The notes under the pieces are model-generated. The model did no database searches and was not told the origin of the DNA. It saw nothing but the letters and a program-made list of their open reading frames with translations. From NCBI GenBank assembly GCA_949283145.1, contig CASDRL010000036.1:9817-73816 (forward strand): 64,000 bases of DNA, written 5' to 3'. The number at the start of each line of letters is the position of its first letter. Positions within the stretch are counted from its first letter, which is position 1. The translations under genes were made by a program, and so were the position numbers. This DNA is from an uncultured Clostridia bacterium. Its GTDB lineage: Bacteria; Bacillota; Clostridia; Christensenellales; CAG-917. Below are positions 52,798 through 62,225 of this stretch, one piece after another.

Positions 52798-54366
52798 TTA
52801 TTTTATAATCGCCGCGTTCCAGTGGGGATCGGGAGAATACCCCATCAGTTTCGCCACGGTCGCAGCCACGTTGCTCAGACCGAATTCGCCGTCTGCGATC
52901 TCGCAATCCGCATTGTAGACGATGAAGGGGACGGGGTTGAGGCTGTGGGCGGTGCGTACGCTGACGACGCCTTTCTTGTTCTTTTCCAACATCTCATCGG
53001 CGTTGCCGTGGTCGGCGGTGACGACGAGGGCGTAACCCGCCTCTTTCACGACGGGGAGCAGGCGAGCGAGACCGAGATCGACGGCTTCGACGCCGATGAT
53101 GGTCGCATCGAGGTTGCCGGTGTGTCCCACCATGTCGCCGTTGGGATAGTTGCAGCGGATGAAGCCGTATTCACCGCTCTTCACCGCCGCGATGACGGCG
53201 TCGGTGACCTCGGCGGACTTCATCCACGGGCGCTGATCGAAGGTGACCTTGTCGCTCGGGATCTCCTGCCAGGTCTCCAGCTTATCGCTGAACTTCTCGC
53301 TGCGGTTGCCGTTCCAGAAATAAGTCACGTGCCCGAACTTCTGAGTCTCGGAGACGGCATATTCGTTGACGCCCTTGCCGACGAGGAACTCCGTCAGGGT
53401 GTGCTCGATCTTGGGCGGCTCGACGAGGAATCGCTTGGGGAGATGCAGGTCGCCGTCATACTCGAGCATGCCGGCATACAGCACCTTGGGCATATCCCCG
53501 CGGTCAAAGCCCTTGAAATCGGCGTCGTCGAACGCCATGCTGAGCTCGATGGCGCGGTCGCCGCGGAAGTTGAACAGCACCACGCTGTCGCCGTCGTGCA
53601 TGGCGCCCACGGGTTTTCCGTTCTCGGCGATGACGAACGCGGGCAGATCCTGGTCGATGACACCGGGGTTCTCGGTGCGGAAGGTGCCGATGGCTTCCGT
53701 CGCGCTCGCGAACTGCCTGCCCTCACCGTAGACGTGGGTGTCAAAGCCGCGCTTGACCATATCCCAATCCGCGAAATAGCGATCCATGGTGATCTTCATC
53801 CTGCCGCCGCCGGAGGCTATGCGGGCGTCGAAAGATGCGTCATTGAGCCTCTTCATCGCGTCTTCCAGCATATCGACATAGACGAGCGCGCTGGTGGCGG
53901 GGACGTCTCTGCCGTCGAGGAGAACGTGGACGCGCACGGTCTTGATCCCCTCGCGCTTCGCGCCGGCGATGAGCGCGATGAGATGGTGTATGTTGCTGTG
54001 GACGTTGCCGTCCGAAAGCAGCCCGATGAAATGCATCGCGGAAGCGTTCTTCACGCAGTTCGCGGCAAGTTCCTTCCACGCCGCCGAGGAGAAGATGGCG
54101 CCGCTTTCGATCGCCTCTTCGACGAGCTTCGCGCCCTGCGAATAGACCTGACCGCATCCGAGCGCGTTGTGCCCCACTTCGCTGTTGCCCATATCCTCAT
54201 CCGAGGGCAGCCCGACCGCTGTGCCGTGCGCCTTGATGTAGGTGTGAGGGCACTCGGCGAGGAGCTTGTCGAGAGTGGGAGTGTTTGCCTGTGTCACGGC
54301 GTCGCCGAGCCCGGTGGTGGACTTGCCCACCCCGTCCATGACGACGAGAACGACTTTCTTTTCCAT
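52798..54366 (-). CDS. gpmI: 2,3-bisphosphoglycerate-independent phosphoglycerate mutase
   Basis: Start MEKKVVLVVMDGVG at 54366 (GAGGAA RBS); motifs MGNSEVGH, TADHGNAD. Candidate promoter TTGACT-18-TACAAT upstream. Confidence 0.95.
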   Translation of the reverse strand: MEKKVVLVVMDGVGKSTTGLGDAVTQANTPTLDKLLAECPHTYIKAHGTAVGLPSDEDMGNSEVGHNALGCGQVYSQGAKLVEEAIESGAIFSSAAWKELAANCVKNASAMHFIGLLSDGNVHSNIHHLIALIAGAKREGIKTVRVHVLLDGRDVPATSALVYVDMLEDAMKRLNDASFDARIASGGGRMKITMDRYFADWDMVKRGFDTHVYGEGRQFASATEAIGTFRTENPGVIDQDLPAFVIAENGKPVGAMHDGDSVVLFNFRGDRAIELSMAFDDADFKGFDRGDMPKVLYAGMLEYDGDLHLPKRFLVEPPKIEHTLTEFLVGKGVNEYAVSETQKFGHVTYFWNGNRSEKFSDKLETWQEIPSDKVTFDQRPWMKSAEVTDAVIAAVKSGEYGFIRCNYPNGDMVGHTGNLDATIIGVEAVDLGLARLLPVVKEAGYALVVTADHGNADEMLEKNKKGVVSVRTAHSLNPVPFIVYNADCEIADGEFGLSNVAATVAKLMGYSPDPHWNAAIIK

Positions 54367-54594
54367 ATCATTCCTCATTTAGCGTCCGAAGGACGAAACT
54401 TCATTTCCGGGATATTGTATCACGCCGTGCCCCCCTTAGTCAAACATCCGCACGCCGCGGGTGCGTGCGGGAGAAACCGCCGATCGAAAAAAATCCCGAT
54501 CCGCTTCTCTTCTCAAAACGCAAAAAATCCCCCGCCGAGGATGAGCATGCGCCGCACACGGACCTCGGCAGGGGTTTTTCCTAACGCCGCCGCC

Positions 54595-55266
54595 TCAGCG
54601 TTTGGAGAGCACGGCACCCGTCTCCGCGTCGATCAACGCGCCCCAATAGTCGACGTTTTCGCCGATGAAGGAAACGTAGTAGTAGAAATGCTCGCGGTCG
54701 CCGGTGACGAGTTTGACGTAGATCTCGCGGGAAGGGACGCCTGCTGCGCGCTCTTCCTCGACGCGCTCGGCGAAGAGTTCGCGGGCGATGTTGACCGCAT
54801 CGGCGGAAGAGAGCTTGCCCTCGGTGACATCGGTGAGATCGGCTTCAAATGTCTTGCCGTCCGCGGTGACGGACACCTTCACAGGCTCGAAAGAGAGGGC
54901 TATGTCCCCCTTGAAATCGCCGAAACCGCCCGCCGTAAGAGTGCCGGAAAGAGTCGCGGGAGTCTCTCCGCCGCCGGTCAGCGTGAAGGATATCTCCTCA
55001 CTCCCGACGGTGACAAGAGGGGTGACCGTGATGGTGACGAACTCGGCAGTCTCGCCGATCTTGCCGTCCGCGATGAAAGGCTGTTCGCATATCCCGGTCT
55101 CCACCGTGACGGCGAAATCGTCGCCGTCCGCGATGTAGAGAGAGGTGACGGAGCGTGAGATGTCGGAGGGCGTGCTTTCCTCCGCCTTGTCGCAGGCGGC
55201 GAGAGCCGCCGCCGCGGCGCATATGACGAGCACGATAGCTACAAAAAGCAGGGCCTTCTTTTTCAT
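54595..55266 (-). CDS. hypothetical lipoprotein (PepSY-like C-terminal region)
   Basis: 223 aa; signal peptide with lipobox LAAC. A bidirectional hairpin lies downstream at about 54528-54579. Confidence 0.7.
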   Translation of the reverse strand: MKKKALLFVAIVLVICAAAAALAACDKAEESTPSDISRSVTSLYIADGDDFAVTVETGICEQPFIADGKIGETAEFVTITVTPLVTVGSEEISFTLTGGGETPATLSGTLTAGGFGDFKGDIALSFEPVKVSVTADGKTFEADLTDVTEGKLSSADAVNIARELFAERVEEERAAGVPSREIYVKLVTGDREHFYYYVSFIGENVDYWGALIDAETGAVLSKR

Positions 55267-55391
55267 ACCACAAGTTTATGACCGCCGCCGTGCGATTATG
55301 CGAGCGGGGTCTGCAGGCGTTTTTTCAAATATACTTGCGTGCACGGCGCGCGCTATGTTATCATTTATTCATCAATTCCCCACGGTGCACA

Positions 55392-57839
55392 ATGACTGAT
55401 CCGAGTGACATCTCCGCAAAAACCGGACCGACGGAGCAAGGCTTAGACTTTTCCGCCGCAGGGCTCAGCTCTGCGGAAGTCGAAGCGCGCGTCGCGGAAG
55501 GCAAAGTCAACGGCGAACAGACCGTGCGCACCAAGAGCGTGGCGCAGATCCTGCGCTCCAACATCCTCACGTTTTTCAACTTTGTATTCGTGCTGCTGGC
55601 GGTGCTGCTGGCGGGCTTCGTGCCCGACGGAATGGACGGCATCGGCAATTTCGGCTTTCTCATCCTGATAGTCTTCAACACATTGGTGGGCATAGTGCAG
55701 GAATTGCGCGCCAAGCGCACCATGGACAAGCTCGCCCTGCTCTCCGCCCCCAAAGCCTTCGTTCTCCGCGACGGCGACGTGCAGGAGATCGCCATAGAAA
55801 AGATCGTCCTCGACGACATCATGGAACTCGCCGCCGGCAGACAGATCTGCGCGGATTCCGTCATCGTGGAAGGAAGCTGCGAAGTCAACGAATCCCTCGT
55901 GACGGGAGAACCCGACGCGATCGTCAAGAATGTGGGCGATCACGTCGTGTCGGGAAGTTTTGTGGTGTCCGGCAAGGCGAAGTGCCGCGTCGAACACGTG
56001 GGTGCGGACAACTTTGTGATGAAGATCTCCTCCGGCGCCAAATATTTCAAGAAGCCGACCTCGGAGATCTGGCGGGCGCTCATGCTCATAGTCAAAGTGA
56101 TGAGCATAGTCATAGTGCCCGTGGGCATCGCGCTCTTCTGCTCCAAATATTTCCGCAGCCCCGCCGACGTCAACGATACGGTGGTGACGACGATAGGCTC
56201 CGTCATAGGCATGATCCCCTCCGGGCTGGTCGCCCTTGCCAGCACGGTATTCTGCGTGAGCGTGATACGCCTCTCGCGCAAAAAGACGCTGGCGCAGGAT
56301 CTGTATTGCGTGGAAACGCTTGCGCGCGTGGATGTCCTGTGCCTGGACAAGACGGGCACCATCACGGAAGGTAGCATGGAAGTGGGCGGACTGACGCCGC
56401 GCGAAGGGCTCTCGGAAGAGGACTTCAAACAAATGCTGAAAGATGTCGTGACGGCGACGGGCGACGAAAACGCCACCGCCATTGCGCTGCAAACCTATCT
56501 CGCGGACGCGGGAGAAGCCCGTCCGGCAGAGAGTTTCGTCCCCTTCTCGTCGGAGAGAAAGTGGAGCGGCGCACGCGTGAACGGCGTGAGCTACATCCTG
56601 GGCGCGGTGGAATTCACCCTCGGACACGGCGATGACGAACCGCACCGTCTCGCCGCCGAAAAGGCGGATGAGGGTTATCGCGTGCTTGCGCTCGTTTCCT
56701 CAAAAGAAGACTTCATCGACAATAAATTGCCGGATAAAGTGTCGTTTGAGGGATTTGTCTACATCACGGACAAGATCCGCGCCGAGGCTCCCGACACCCT
56801 GCGTTTCTTCCGCGAACAGGGCGTGACGGTCAAGATCATCTCCGGCGACAACCCCTCCACGGTGCGCGCTGTTGCCAAGCGCGCGGGGCTTTCGGGATGC
56901 GATGACATCATCGACATGTCCACCCTCACCACGGAGGAAGAGGTGCGGGAAGCGGCGACGAAATACACCGTGTTCGGGCGCGTCCTGCCCGACCAAAAAC
57001 TCACCCTCGTCAAGGCGCTCAAAGCCGCGGGACACACCGTTGCGATGACGGGAGACGGCGTCAACGACGTGCTCGCGCTCAAAGAGGCGGACTGCTCCGT
57101 CGCGATGGCGTCCGGGTCGGACGCGGCAAAGAACGTGAGCTCCCTCGTGCTGTTGGACTCTAACTTCGCGTCCATGCCCCGCATAGTCGCGGAGGGGCGG
57201 CGTTCCATCAACAACCTTGAGCGCTCCGCCGCGCTCTACATCATGAAGACGGTGTACAACGTCCTGCTCGCCCTGCTCTTCATGTGCGTCAACGTACCTC
57301 TCCCCTTCGAACCGAGAAACCTGACCCTCATCGGCGGCGTGACCATCGGCATGCCCTCCATCGTGCTCGCACTCGAACCCAACAACGACCTCGTGAAAGG
57401 ACGCTTCCTCACAAAGGTGCTGTGCTATGCCGTCCCCGGCGGGATAATTGTCATGCTGGGCGCGGCTGCCGTCATGGTGGCGGGCAGATATTTCCTGGAT
57501 GTCACACCCGATCAGATCCGCACCATGTACTGCATCGTGACCACGTTCGTGGGGCTTGTCTATCTCTTCCGTGTGGCGTTGCCCCCGACATGGCTGCACA
57601 TCGTGCTCTGCCTGGTGATGGTGGGCATCTATGTGGGCTGCTATGTGACGGAGATCCCGCTCATCATCGATTTCTTCGGCGTGGACAACGACATCACCGC
57701 GGAAATGGGCAAAGCGCTCGCCGCGATATGCGCGGTGCTTGCGGTGCTGTATGCGGCGGTGAGCATACCAACGCGCAACCTGCACTCCAAGATAGACGCC
57801 GCCCTCAACCTCAAACTGAAAAAGAAAGTCGCGGTGTGA
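55392..57839 (+). CDS. cation-translocating P-type ATPase (HAD-IC family)
   Basis: Start MTDPSDISAK at 55392. Motifs TGEPD, phosphorylation site CLDKTGTITEG, hinge MTGDGVNDVLALKEAD. Confidence 0.9.
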   Translation: MTDPSDISAKTGPTEQGLDFSAAGLSSAEVEARVAEGKVNGEQTVRTKSVAQILRSNILTFFNFVFVLLAVLLAGFVPDGMDGIGNFGFLILIVFNTLVGIVQELRAKRTMDKLALLSAPKAFVLRDGDVQEIAIEKIVLDDIMELAAGRQICADSVIVEGSCEVNESLVTGEPDAIVKNVGDHVVSGSFVVSGKAKCRVEHVGADNFVMKISSGAKYFKKPTSEIWRALMLIVKVMSIVIVPVGIALFCSKYFRSPADVNDTVVTTIGSVIGMIPSGLVALASTVFCVSVIRLSRKKTLAQDLYCVETLARVDVLCLDKTGTITEGSMEVGGLTPREGLSEEDFKQMLKDVVTATGDENATAIALQTYLADAGEARPAESFVPFSSERKWSGARVNGVSYILGAVEFTLGHGDDEPHRLAAEKADEGYRVLALVSSKEDFIDNKLPDKVSFEGFVYITDKIRAEAPDTLRFFREQGVTVKIISGDNPSTVRAVAKRAGLSGCDDIIDMSTLTTEEEVREAATKYTVFGRVLPDQKLTLVKALKAAGHTVAMTGDGVNDVLALKEADCSVAMASGSDAAKNVSSLVLLDSNFASMPRIVAEGRRSINNLERSAALYIMKTVYNVLLALLFMCVNVPLPFEPRNLTLIGGVTIGMPSIVLALEPNNDLVKGRFLTKVLCYAVPGGIIVMLGAAAVMVAGRYFLDVTPDQIRTMYCIVTTFVGLVYLFRVALPPTWLHIVLCLVMVGIYVGCYVTEIPLIIDFFGVDNDITAEMGKALAAICAVLAVLYAAVSIPTRNLHSKIDAALNLKLKKKVAV

Positions 57840-57864
57840 CGGCGATCCGTCCTCGCGGAAAGGC

Positions 57865-57890
57865 GACGCCCTGCGGGGCGTTTTTTCTTT
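57865..57890 (+). terminator. intrinsic terminator after the P-type ATPase
   Basis: ACGCCC-tgcg-GGGCGT followed by TTTTTCTTTTT. Confidence 0.55.
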
Positions 57891-58096
57891 TTGCGGCGGG
57901 ATCCCGCCGTCCGCGGGATCAGTCCGTTCCGCCCGCGAAAGGCGTTATCCGGAGAAAACTCGTCCATGACCGTAATTAAATCAGCCCGTCCACTCTGCCC
58001 GCGAAAGGGGCGACCCTGCGGAGAAACATTAAAACAGCGTTAAAAAATCGCGGGTGCATATTGATTTTGCGGGGATAGTCCTTTATCATTATTTCT

Positions 58097-59656
58097 ATGA
58101 TAGACAAGAAACTCAAAAATACGGAGGAATACGCGCGCGCCGCGGGAGGCGCGGTGCTTGCGGCGGACGCTCCCAAAGCTCCTCCCCGCACCATCGAAGT
58201 CTCCAAGCGCGCCATCGTCATCGCCGTCGCGATAGTGCTGGTGCTGGTCATCGCCGCCATAGTGCTCACGCAGGTGCTCCCCAAGGGCGCATACGAGCGA
58301 GCCCTCGACGCGGACGGCAACGAGTATATCGTGGAGGACTCCTACCGCGAGGACGATTCGCTCCCCTCTCTCAAATGGTGGCAGGCGGTGTTCTCCCCCG
58401 TGCTGGTGCTTGACCCCGGGATGGACGGCTCACTCATGGTGTGGGCGCTCATCGCGTTGCTGCTCGTCATAGGGGCGGTGTTCACGGCGCTGGACAACAC
58501 GGGCGTGCTCATCTATATGGTGGAGTCGCTGCGCAACCGCTTCCGCAACCGCAAGTATATCCTCCTCTTCCTCCTGCCCTTCGCGTTCATGTTCCTGGGC
58601 TCGTCGGCGGGGATGTTCGAGGAGCTCATCCCCCTCGTCCCGGTGGTGGTGCTGCTGTGTTACGCCTTCGGATGGGACGCGCTGGTGGGGCTGGGCATCT
58701 CGGTGCTCGCGTCCTGTTTCGGCTTTGCGGCGGGGGTGGTGAACCCCTTCACCGTCGGCATATCGCAGAATCTGATGGGCATCCCGATGTTCTCGGGCAT
58801 TGAGATGCGCCTGCTGACCTTCGTCGTCGCCTACGTCGTCCTGATGGCGTTCATCTACCCCTACGCCCGCAGAATAGAGAAAAAGCCGGAGCGCTCCCTC
58901 GTCTACGGCGAGGATCTGCGCAAAAAACAGGGCTTCGATTTCACGAGCGCGGATTTCGTCTATAACGAAGGCAAGTCCAAAGCGCTCAAATGGTTTGCGG
59001 GATGGATGATCGCCATCGTGGTCATCGCGGTCATCTCCATCTTCATGCAGCCGCACTACATACCCGCCCTCGGCGACTTCGCACTTGCGGACTACGTCCT
59101 CTACATCACGGTGGCGATCTACGTCATCGCGGGCATCGGCGCGTGCATCCTCTGCGGGCTCAAAGGCAAACCCCTCTTCAAACACCTCGGCAAAGGGCTG
59201 GTTACTCTGCTCCCCGCCGTCGCCATGATCCTCATCGCGAGCGGCGTGAGATACATTATGGAGTCCGGCTCCGTCATGGACACCATCCTCTACAAGGTCA
59301 TCGAGGCGTGCAGAGGACAGTCCCCCGCCGTCATCATCCTGCTCGTATATCTCGTCATCTTCGTCTTCGAGATGTTCATCCCGTCAGGCTCGGCAAAGGC
59401 GTTCCTGCTCATGCCCATGATCGGCGCGATGTGCTCCCAGCTCGGCGTGGACGGACAGGTCGCGGTGCTCGCGTTCACCTTCGGAGACGGCTTCTCCAAC
59501 ATGCTGCTGCCCACCAACGCGGGTCTGCTGCTCATCCTCGGCATGACCACCGTCAACTACCCCAAGTGGATCCGTTGGAGCGGGCCGATACAGTTCGTCC
59601 TGCTCTCTCTTACGGTGGGCATCCTCATGCTCGCGCAATACATCGTCTACGCCTGA
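58097..59656 (+). CDS. YfcC family (DcuC-like) membrane transporter
   Basis: 519-aa polytopic ORF; TALDNTGVLIYMV and FLGSSAGMFEELIPLVP regions are typical of YfcC-type carriers. No clear RBS, so the start is uncertain. Confidence 0.8.
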   Translation: MIDKKLKNTEEYARAAGGAVLAADAPKAPPRTIEVSKRAIVIAVAIVLVLVIAAIVLTQVLPKGAYERALDADGNEYIVEDSYREDDSLPSLKWWQAVFSPVLVLDPGMDGSLMVWALIALLLVIGAVFTALDNTGVLIYMVESLRNRFRNRKYILLFLLPFAFMFLGSSAGMFEELIPLVPVVVLLCYAFGWDALVGLGISVLASCFGFAAGVVNPFTVGISQNLMGIPMFSGIEMRLLTFVVAYVVLMAFIYPYARRIEKKPERSLVYGEDLRKKQGFDFTSADFVYNEGKSKALKWFAGWMIAIVVIAVISIFMQPHYIPALGDFALADYVLYITVAIYVIAGIGACILCGLKGKPLFKHLGKGLVTLLPAVAMILIASGVRYIMESGSVMDTILYKVIEACRGQSPAVIILLVYLVIFVFEMFIPSGSAKAFLLMPMIGAMCSQLGVDGQVAVLAFTFGDGFSNMLLPTNAGLLLILGMTTVNYPKWIRWSGPIQFVLLSLTVGILMLAQYIVYA

Positions 59657-59798
59657 GCGCGGCAGGGAGCGCGCCGCAGGCTCCGTGACCCGCGCGCGGC
59701 ACAAATCCGTTCATTCGGTTGACCGATGAGCGACGTGATGAGATAATATAGCCGTCAAGCAAATATGTTAAAAAGGGCTCACCGCCCTCGGAGTGGAT

Positions 59799-60317
59799 AT
59801 GGAACTTGCCGAAAAAGCAAAAAAGAGAAACTTCATCCTCGCCCTCGCATTCACGATAGGGCTCATCGCAGGCATCCCCTGCATCGTCGTGGGCGCCATC
59901 AATATGGGCGACAACAAAGGCTTCATCGCCCTGCTCGTCTTCGGCATCGCGGGCACCGTGCTCGGCTTCTACGGCACTCCCCTGCTTTGGACGAGGCTCG
60001 CCACCGTCAACCAGGAGCTCACCGTCGTGCGCGCCGTCACGCAGGAACATCTCTACACCGTCGCCGACCTCGCACAGCGCCTCTCCGTCAACGGAAAGAC
60101 CGCTTCCGCCACCCTCAACAACTGCATCAGAAAGGGCTACCTCGTGGGCTATATCCGCGAAGGCGACAGGCTCGTCCTCAACGAGAACCGCGCCCTCGCC
60201 CCCACCCAGCTCAGCCTCACCTGCTCCCATTGCGGCGCCACCGTGCAACTCCAAAAGGGCGAGACCTCCCGCTGCCCCTACTGCGGCAGCGTCCTCTCCG
60301 CCCCCGCCAAGCACTGA
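59799..60317 (+). CDS. hypothetical membrane protein with winged-helix-like region and C-terminal zinc ribbon
   Basis: GGAG RBS then ATG 59799. Two TM helices, then LYTVADLAQRLSVNGKTASATLNNCIRKGYLVGY, then CSHCG-N13-CPYCG. Confidence 0.6.
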   Translation: MELAEKAKKRNFILALAFTIGLIAGIPCIVVGAINMGDNKGFIALLVFGIAGTVLGFYGTPLLWTRLATVNQELTVVRAVTQEHLYTVADLAQRLSVNGKTASATLNNCIRKGYLVGYIREGDRLVLNENRALAPTQLSLTCSHCGATVQLQKGETSRCPYCGSVLSAPAKH

Positions 60318-60384
60318 CGTGCCCTGCATTTTTACACAAACCGACACTTCAACACACAACAACGCGCGGCTGAACTGCGCGTTT
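60298..60384 (+). repeat. imperfect direct repeat R1 (CDS 3' end + terminator) flanking the GxGYxYP gene
   Basis: CCGCCCCCGCCAAGCACTGA...AACCGACACTTCAACACACAACAACGCGCGGCTGAACTGCGCGTTT; a related copy lies at 62087-62177. Confidence 0.8.
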
Positions 60385-60444
60385 ACGGATGATATATCGC
60401 GCGCCATCTCGCGCGGACAATACATTATTCGTTAAGGGCTTGAA

Positions 60445-62079
60445 ATGAGATCTTCCGGGGCGCGAAAACTCGTCTGCTGCATTTTGCTGCTGATTTTTCT
60501 GCTGTCGATCGTCACATGCATACTGGCGTTCACCCTGCCCTACGACGGAGCTGTGGCGACCATCCCGACTTTTGAAGTGTCCGAAACCGAACTTTACGTC
60601 ATCGACGGGGAGGGGCTTTCAAAGGACATATACGCGATGATCGTGTCTTTGCAAGGCATAGTCGCGCAAAAAGAAGCCAAAATTTACATAAAAGATCCCG
60701 ACAATTTTGTTTTCGTGGAAAAGTTCGTCGCCGAAAAAGGACTGACCGTGACCGAATTTTCCGACCCCTGGGAACTGGTGCTCGCCTGCAAGGAGCATCT
60801 TTCGGACAACGGTTACGTCCTTTTCGAAGGCGTCGGCAGCTTCACCGTCAACACCGCCGCCACCGTCTCGGGCGCGGAGAGATGGCTGTCCGTCCCGCGC
60901 TCGGCGCAAGAGGAGGCGGAACGCTGCGGGCTGGAACTCAAAGCAGATATGACCCTGAAAAACGGGGACGGCAGCTACGTGAACACCTACGAGTCATTAT
61001 ACGAGCGGTATAAAGACGTCCTCAACAAGAACGTCTTGATACATCAATCGCCCGACCTTGCCACTCTGCGCGACTACGGCATCGCGGCGGGGGCTTTCTG
61101 CTTCTACACCGACGAGAGCAGCAAAAACTCCGTCCGGTTCCGAAAAAAGGTCTATTCGCAAGCCAACCCGAACGCGCCCGTCCTCGGGTGGAGCACCGAC
61201 GAGATGAGCTATGTTGAGCAGACGACCCGAAGCGGACTGTGCGTGATCGCGTCCGACCACAGCTCCAACCTCAGCTATCTTTCAGGCTGCGACAGCGGCG
61301 AGCCTATCGGGCAGAAATACGCCGACAGAGAGCTCGTCGCGGACGGCACGAAACATTACGTCGCGCTCATCATGAGCGACGGCGACAACCTGCAATGGTG
61401 CCAGAACCTGCCCTTCACCGACCATTATAAGGACAGGCAAAATTCGACCGCCGACTACAAACTGACCTGGACGGCGCCGCCCGTCATGGCGACTCTCGCC
61501 CCCGAAGCGCTGAAATATCTCTACGACAACGCAAACGCAAACGACTCTTTCATCTGCGGGGTGTCAGGCATGGGCTACATCAATCCGACGGCATTTCCCC
61601 GCCGTCTGCTCTCGTCGTTTGCCGAGATGACCGCAGAGGCGATGGGGCGTGCGGATCTGTCCGCGCTCGCCGTGCTCGACAACGAAACCTCTGTCTTCCG
61701 ACTCGGCAGGGCGATGCAAAAATATGCCGACACGGACGGCATCCCGGGCGGATTCATGCAGATCGGGGACAGATATCGCGAGCTTGACGGCAGGATGATA
61801 TGGTGCGGCGACAAGCCATTCATAAGCGTCAGAAGGTCGCTGTGGTACACGCCCGACGACGGACTGACAAAGGAGGCTTTTATAAAGAACATTGCGGACG
61901 AAATAAACGCCATGCCCGCCGACCCGACTTCCGAAAACGGCTATTCTTACATCAACATACACCCCTGGTCCATGACGATAGCCGATGTGGACCTCTTCGT
62001 TTCGCTGCTGGACGAGCACATCGAGATCGTCTCGGCAGAAGAAATGCTGCACCTCGTCACAACCAACGTCCGCCATTGA
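60445..62079 (+). CDS. GxGYxYP-family putative glycoside hydrolase, N-terminal signal/anchor
   Basis: 544 aa; hydrophobic N-terminus LVCCILLLIFLLSIVTCILAF; family motif region CGVSGMGYINP. Confidence 0.8.
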   Translation: MRSSGARKLVCCILLLIFLLSIVTCILAFTLPYDGAVATIPTFEVSETELYVIDGEGLSKDIYAMIVSLQGIVAQKEAKIYIKDPDNFVFVEKFVAEKGLTVTEFSDPWELVLACKEHLSDNGYVLFEGVGSFTVNTAATVSGAERWLSVPRSAQEEAERCGLELKADMTLKNGDGSYVNTYESLYERYKDVLNKNVLIHQSPDLATLRDYGIAAGAFCFYTDESSKNSVRFRKKVYSQANPNAPVLGWSTDEMSYVEQTTRSGLCVIASDHSSNLSYLSGCDSGEPIGQKYADRELVADGTKHYVALIMSDGDNLQWCQNLPFTDHYKDRQNSTADYKLTWTAPPVMATLAPEALKYLYDNANANDSFICGVSGMGYINPTAFPRRLLSSFAEMTAEAMGRADLSALAVLDNETSVFRLGRAMQKYADTDGIPGGFMQIGDRYRELDGRMIWCGDKPFISVRRSLWYTPDDGLTKEAFIKNIADEINAMPADPTSENGYSYINIHPWSMTIADVDLFVSLLDEHIEIVSAEEMLHLVTTNVRH

Positions 62080-62086
62080 CGCCGCC

Positions 62087-62177
62087 CCGCCCCCGCCAAA
62101 CACTGATGCGTCCACACGCTTAACTTGCACAACCCGACACTTAAACACACAAAAACGCGCGGCTCAATCGCGCGTTT
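62087..62177 (+). repeat. imperfect direct repeat R2
   Basis: CCGCCCCCGCCAAACACTGA...ACCCGACACTTAAACACACAAAAACGCGCGGCTCAATCGCGCGTTTT; includes the hairpin AACGCGCG-N-CGCGCGTT. Confidence 0.8.
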
Positions 62178-62193
62178 TGTGTGTTTCTCGTTG

Positions 62194-62220
62194 AAAACGC
62201 GCCCCGTGACGGGCGCGTTT
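62194..62220. terminator. bidirectional intrinsic terminator (serves typA)
   Basis: AAAACGCGCCC-cgtga-cGGGCGCGTTT. Confidence 0.7.
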
Positions 62221-62225
62221 CGGCA

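Noticed and set aside
52822-55158. 778-aa plus-strand ORF
   Set aside because: It is antisense to gpmI and to the lipoprotein gene and crosses their intergenic terminator. It has no motifs.
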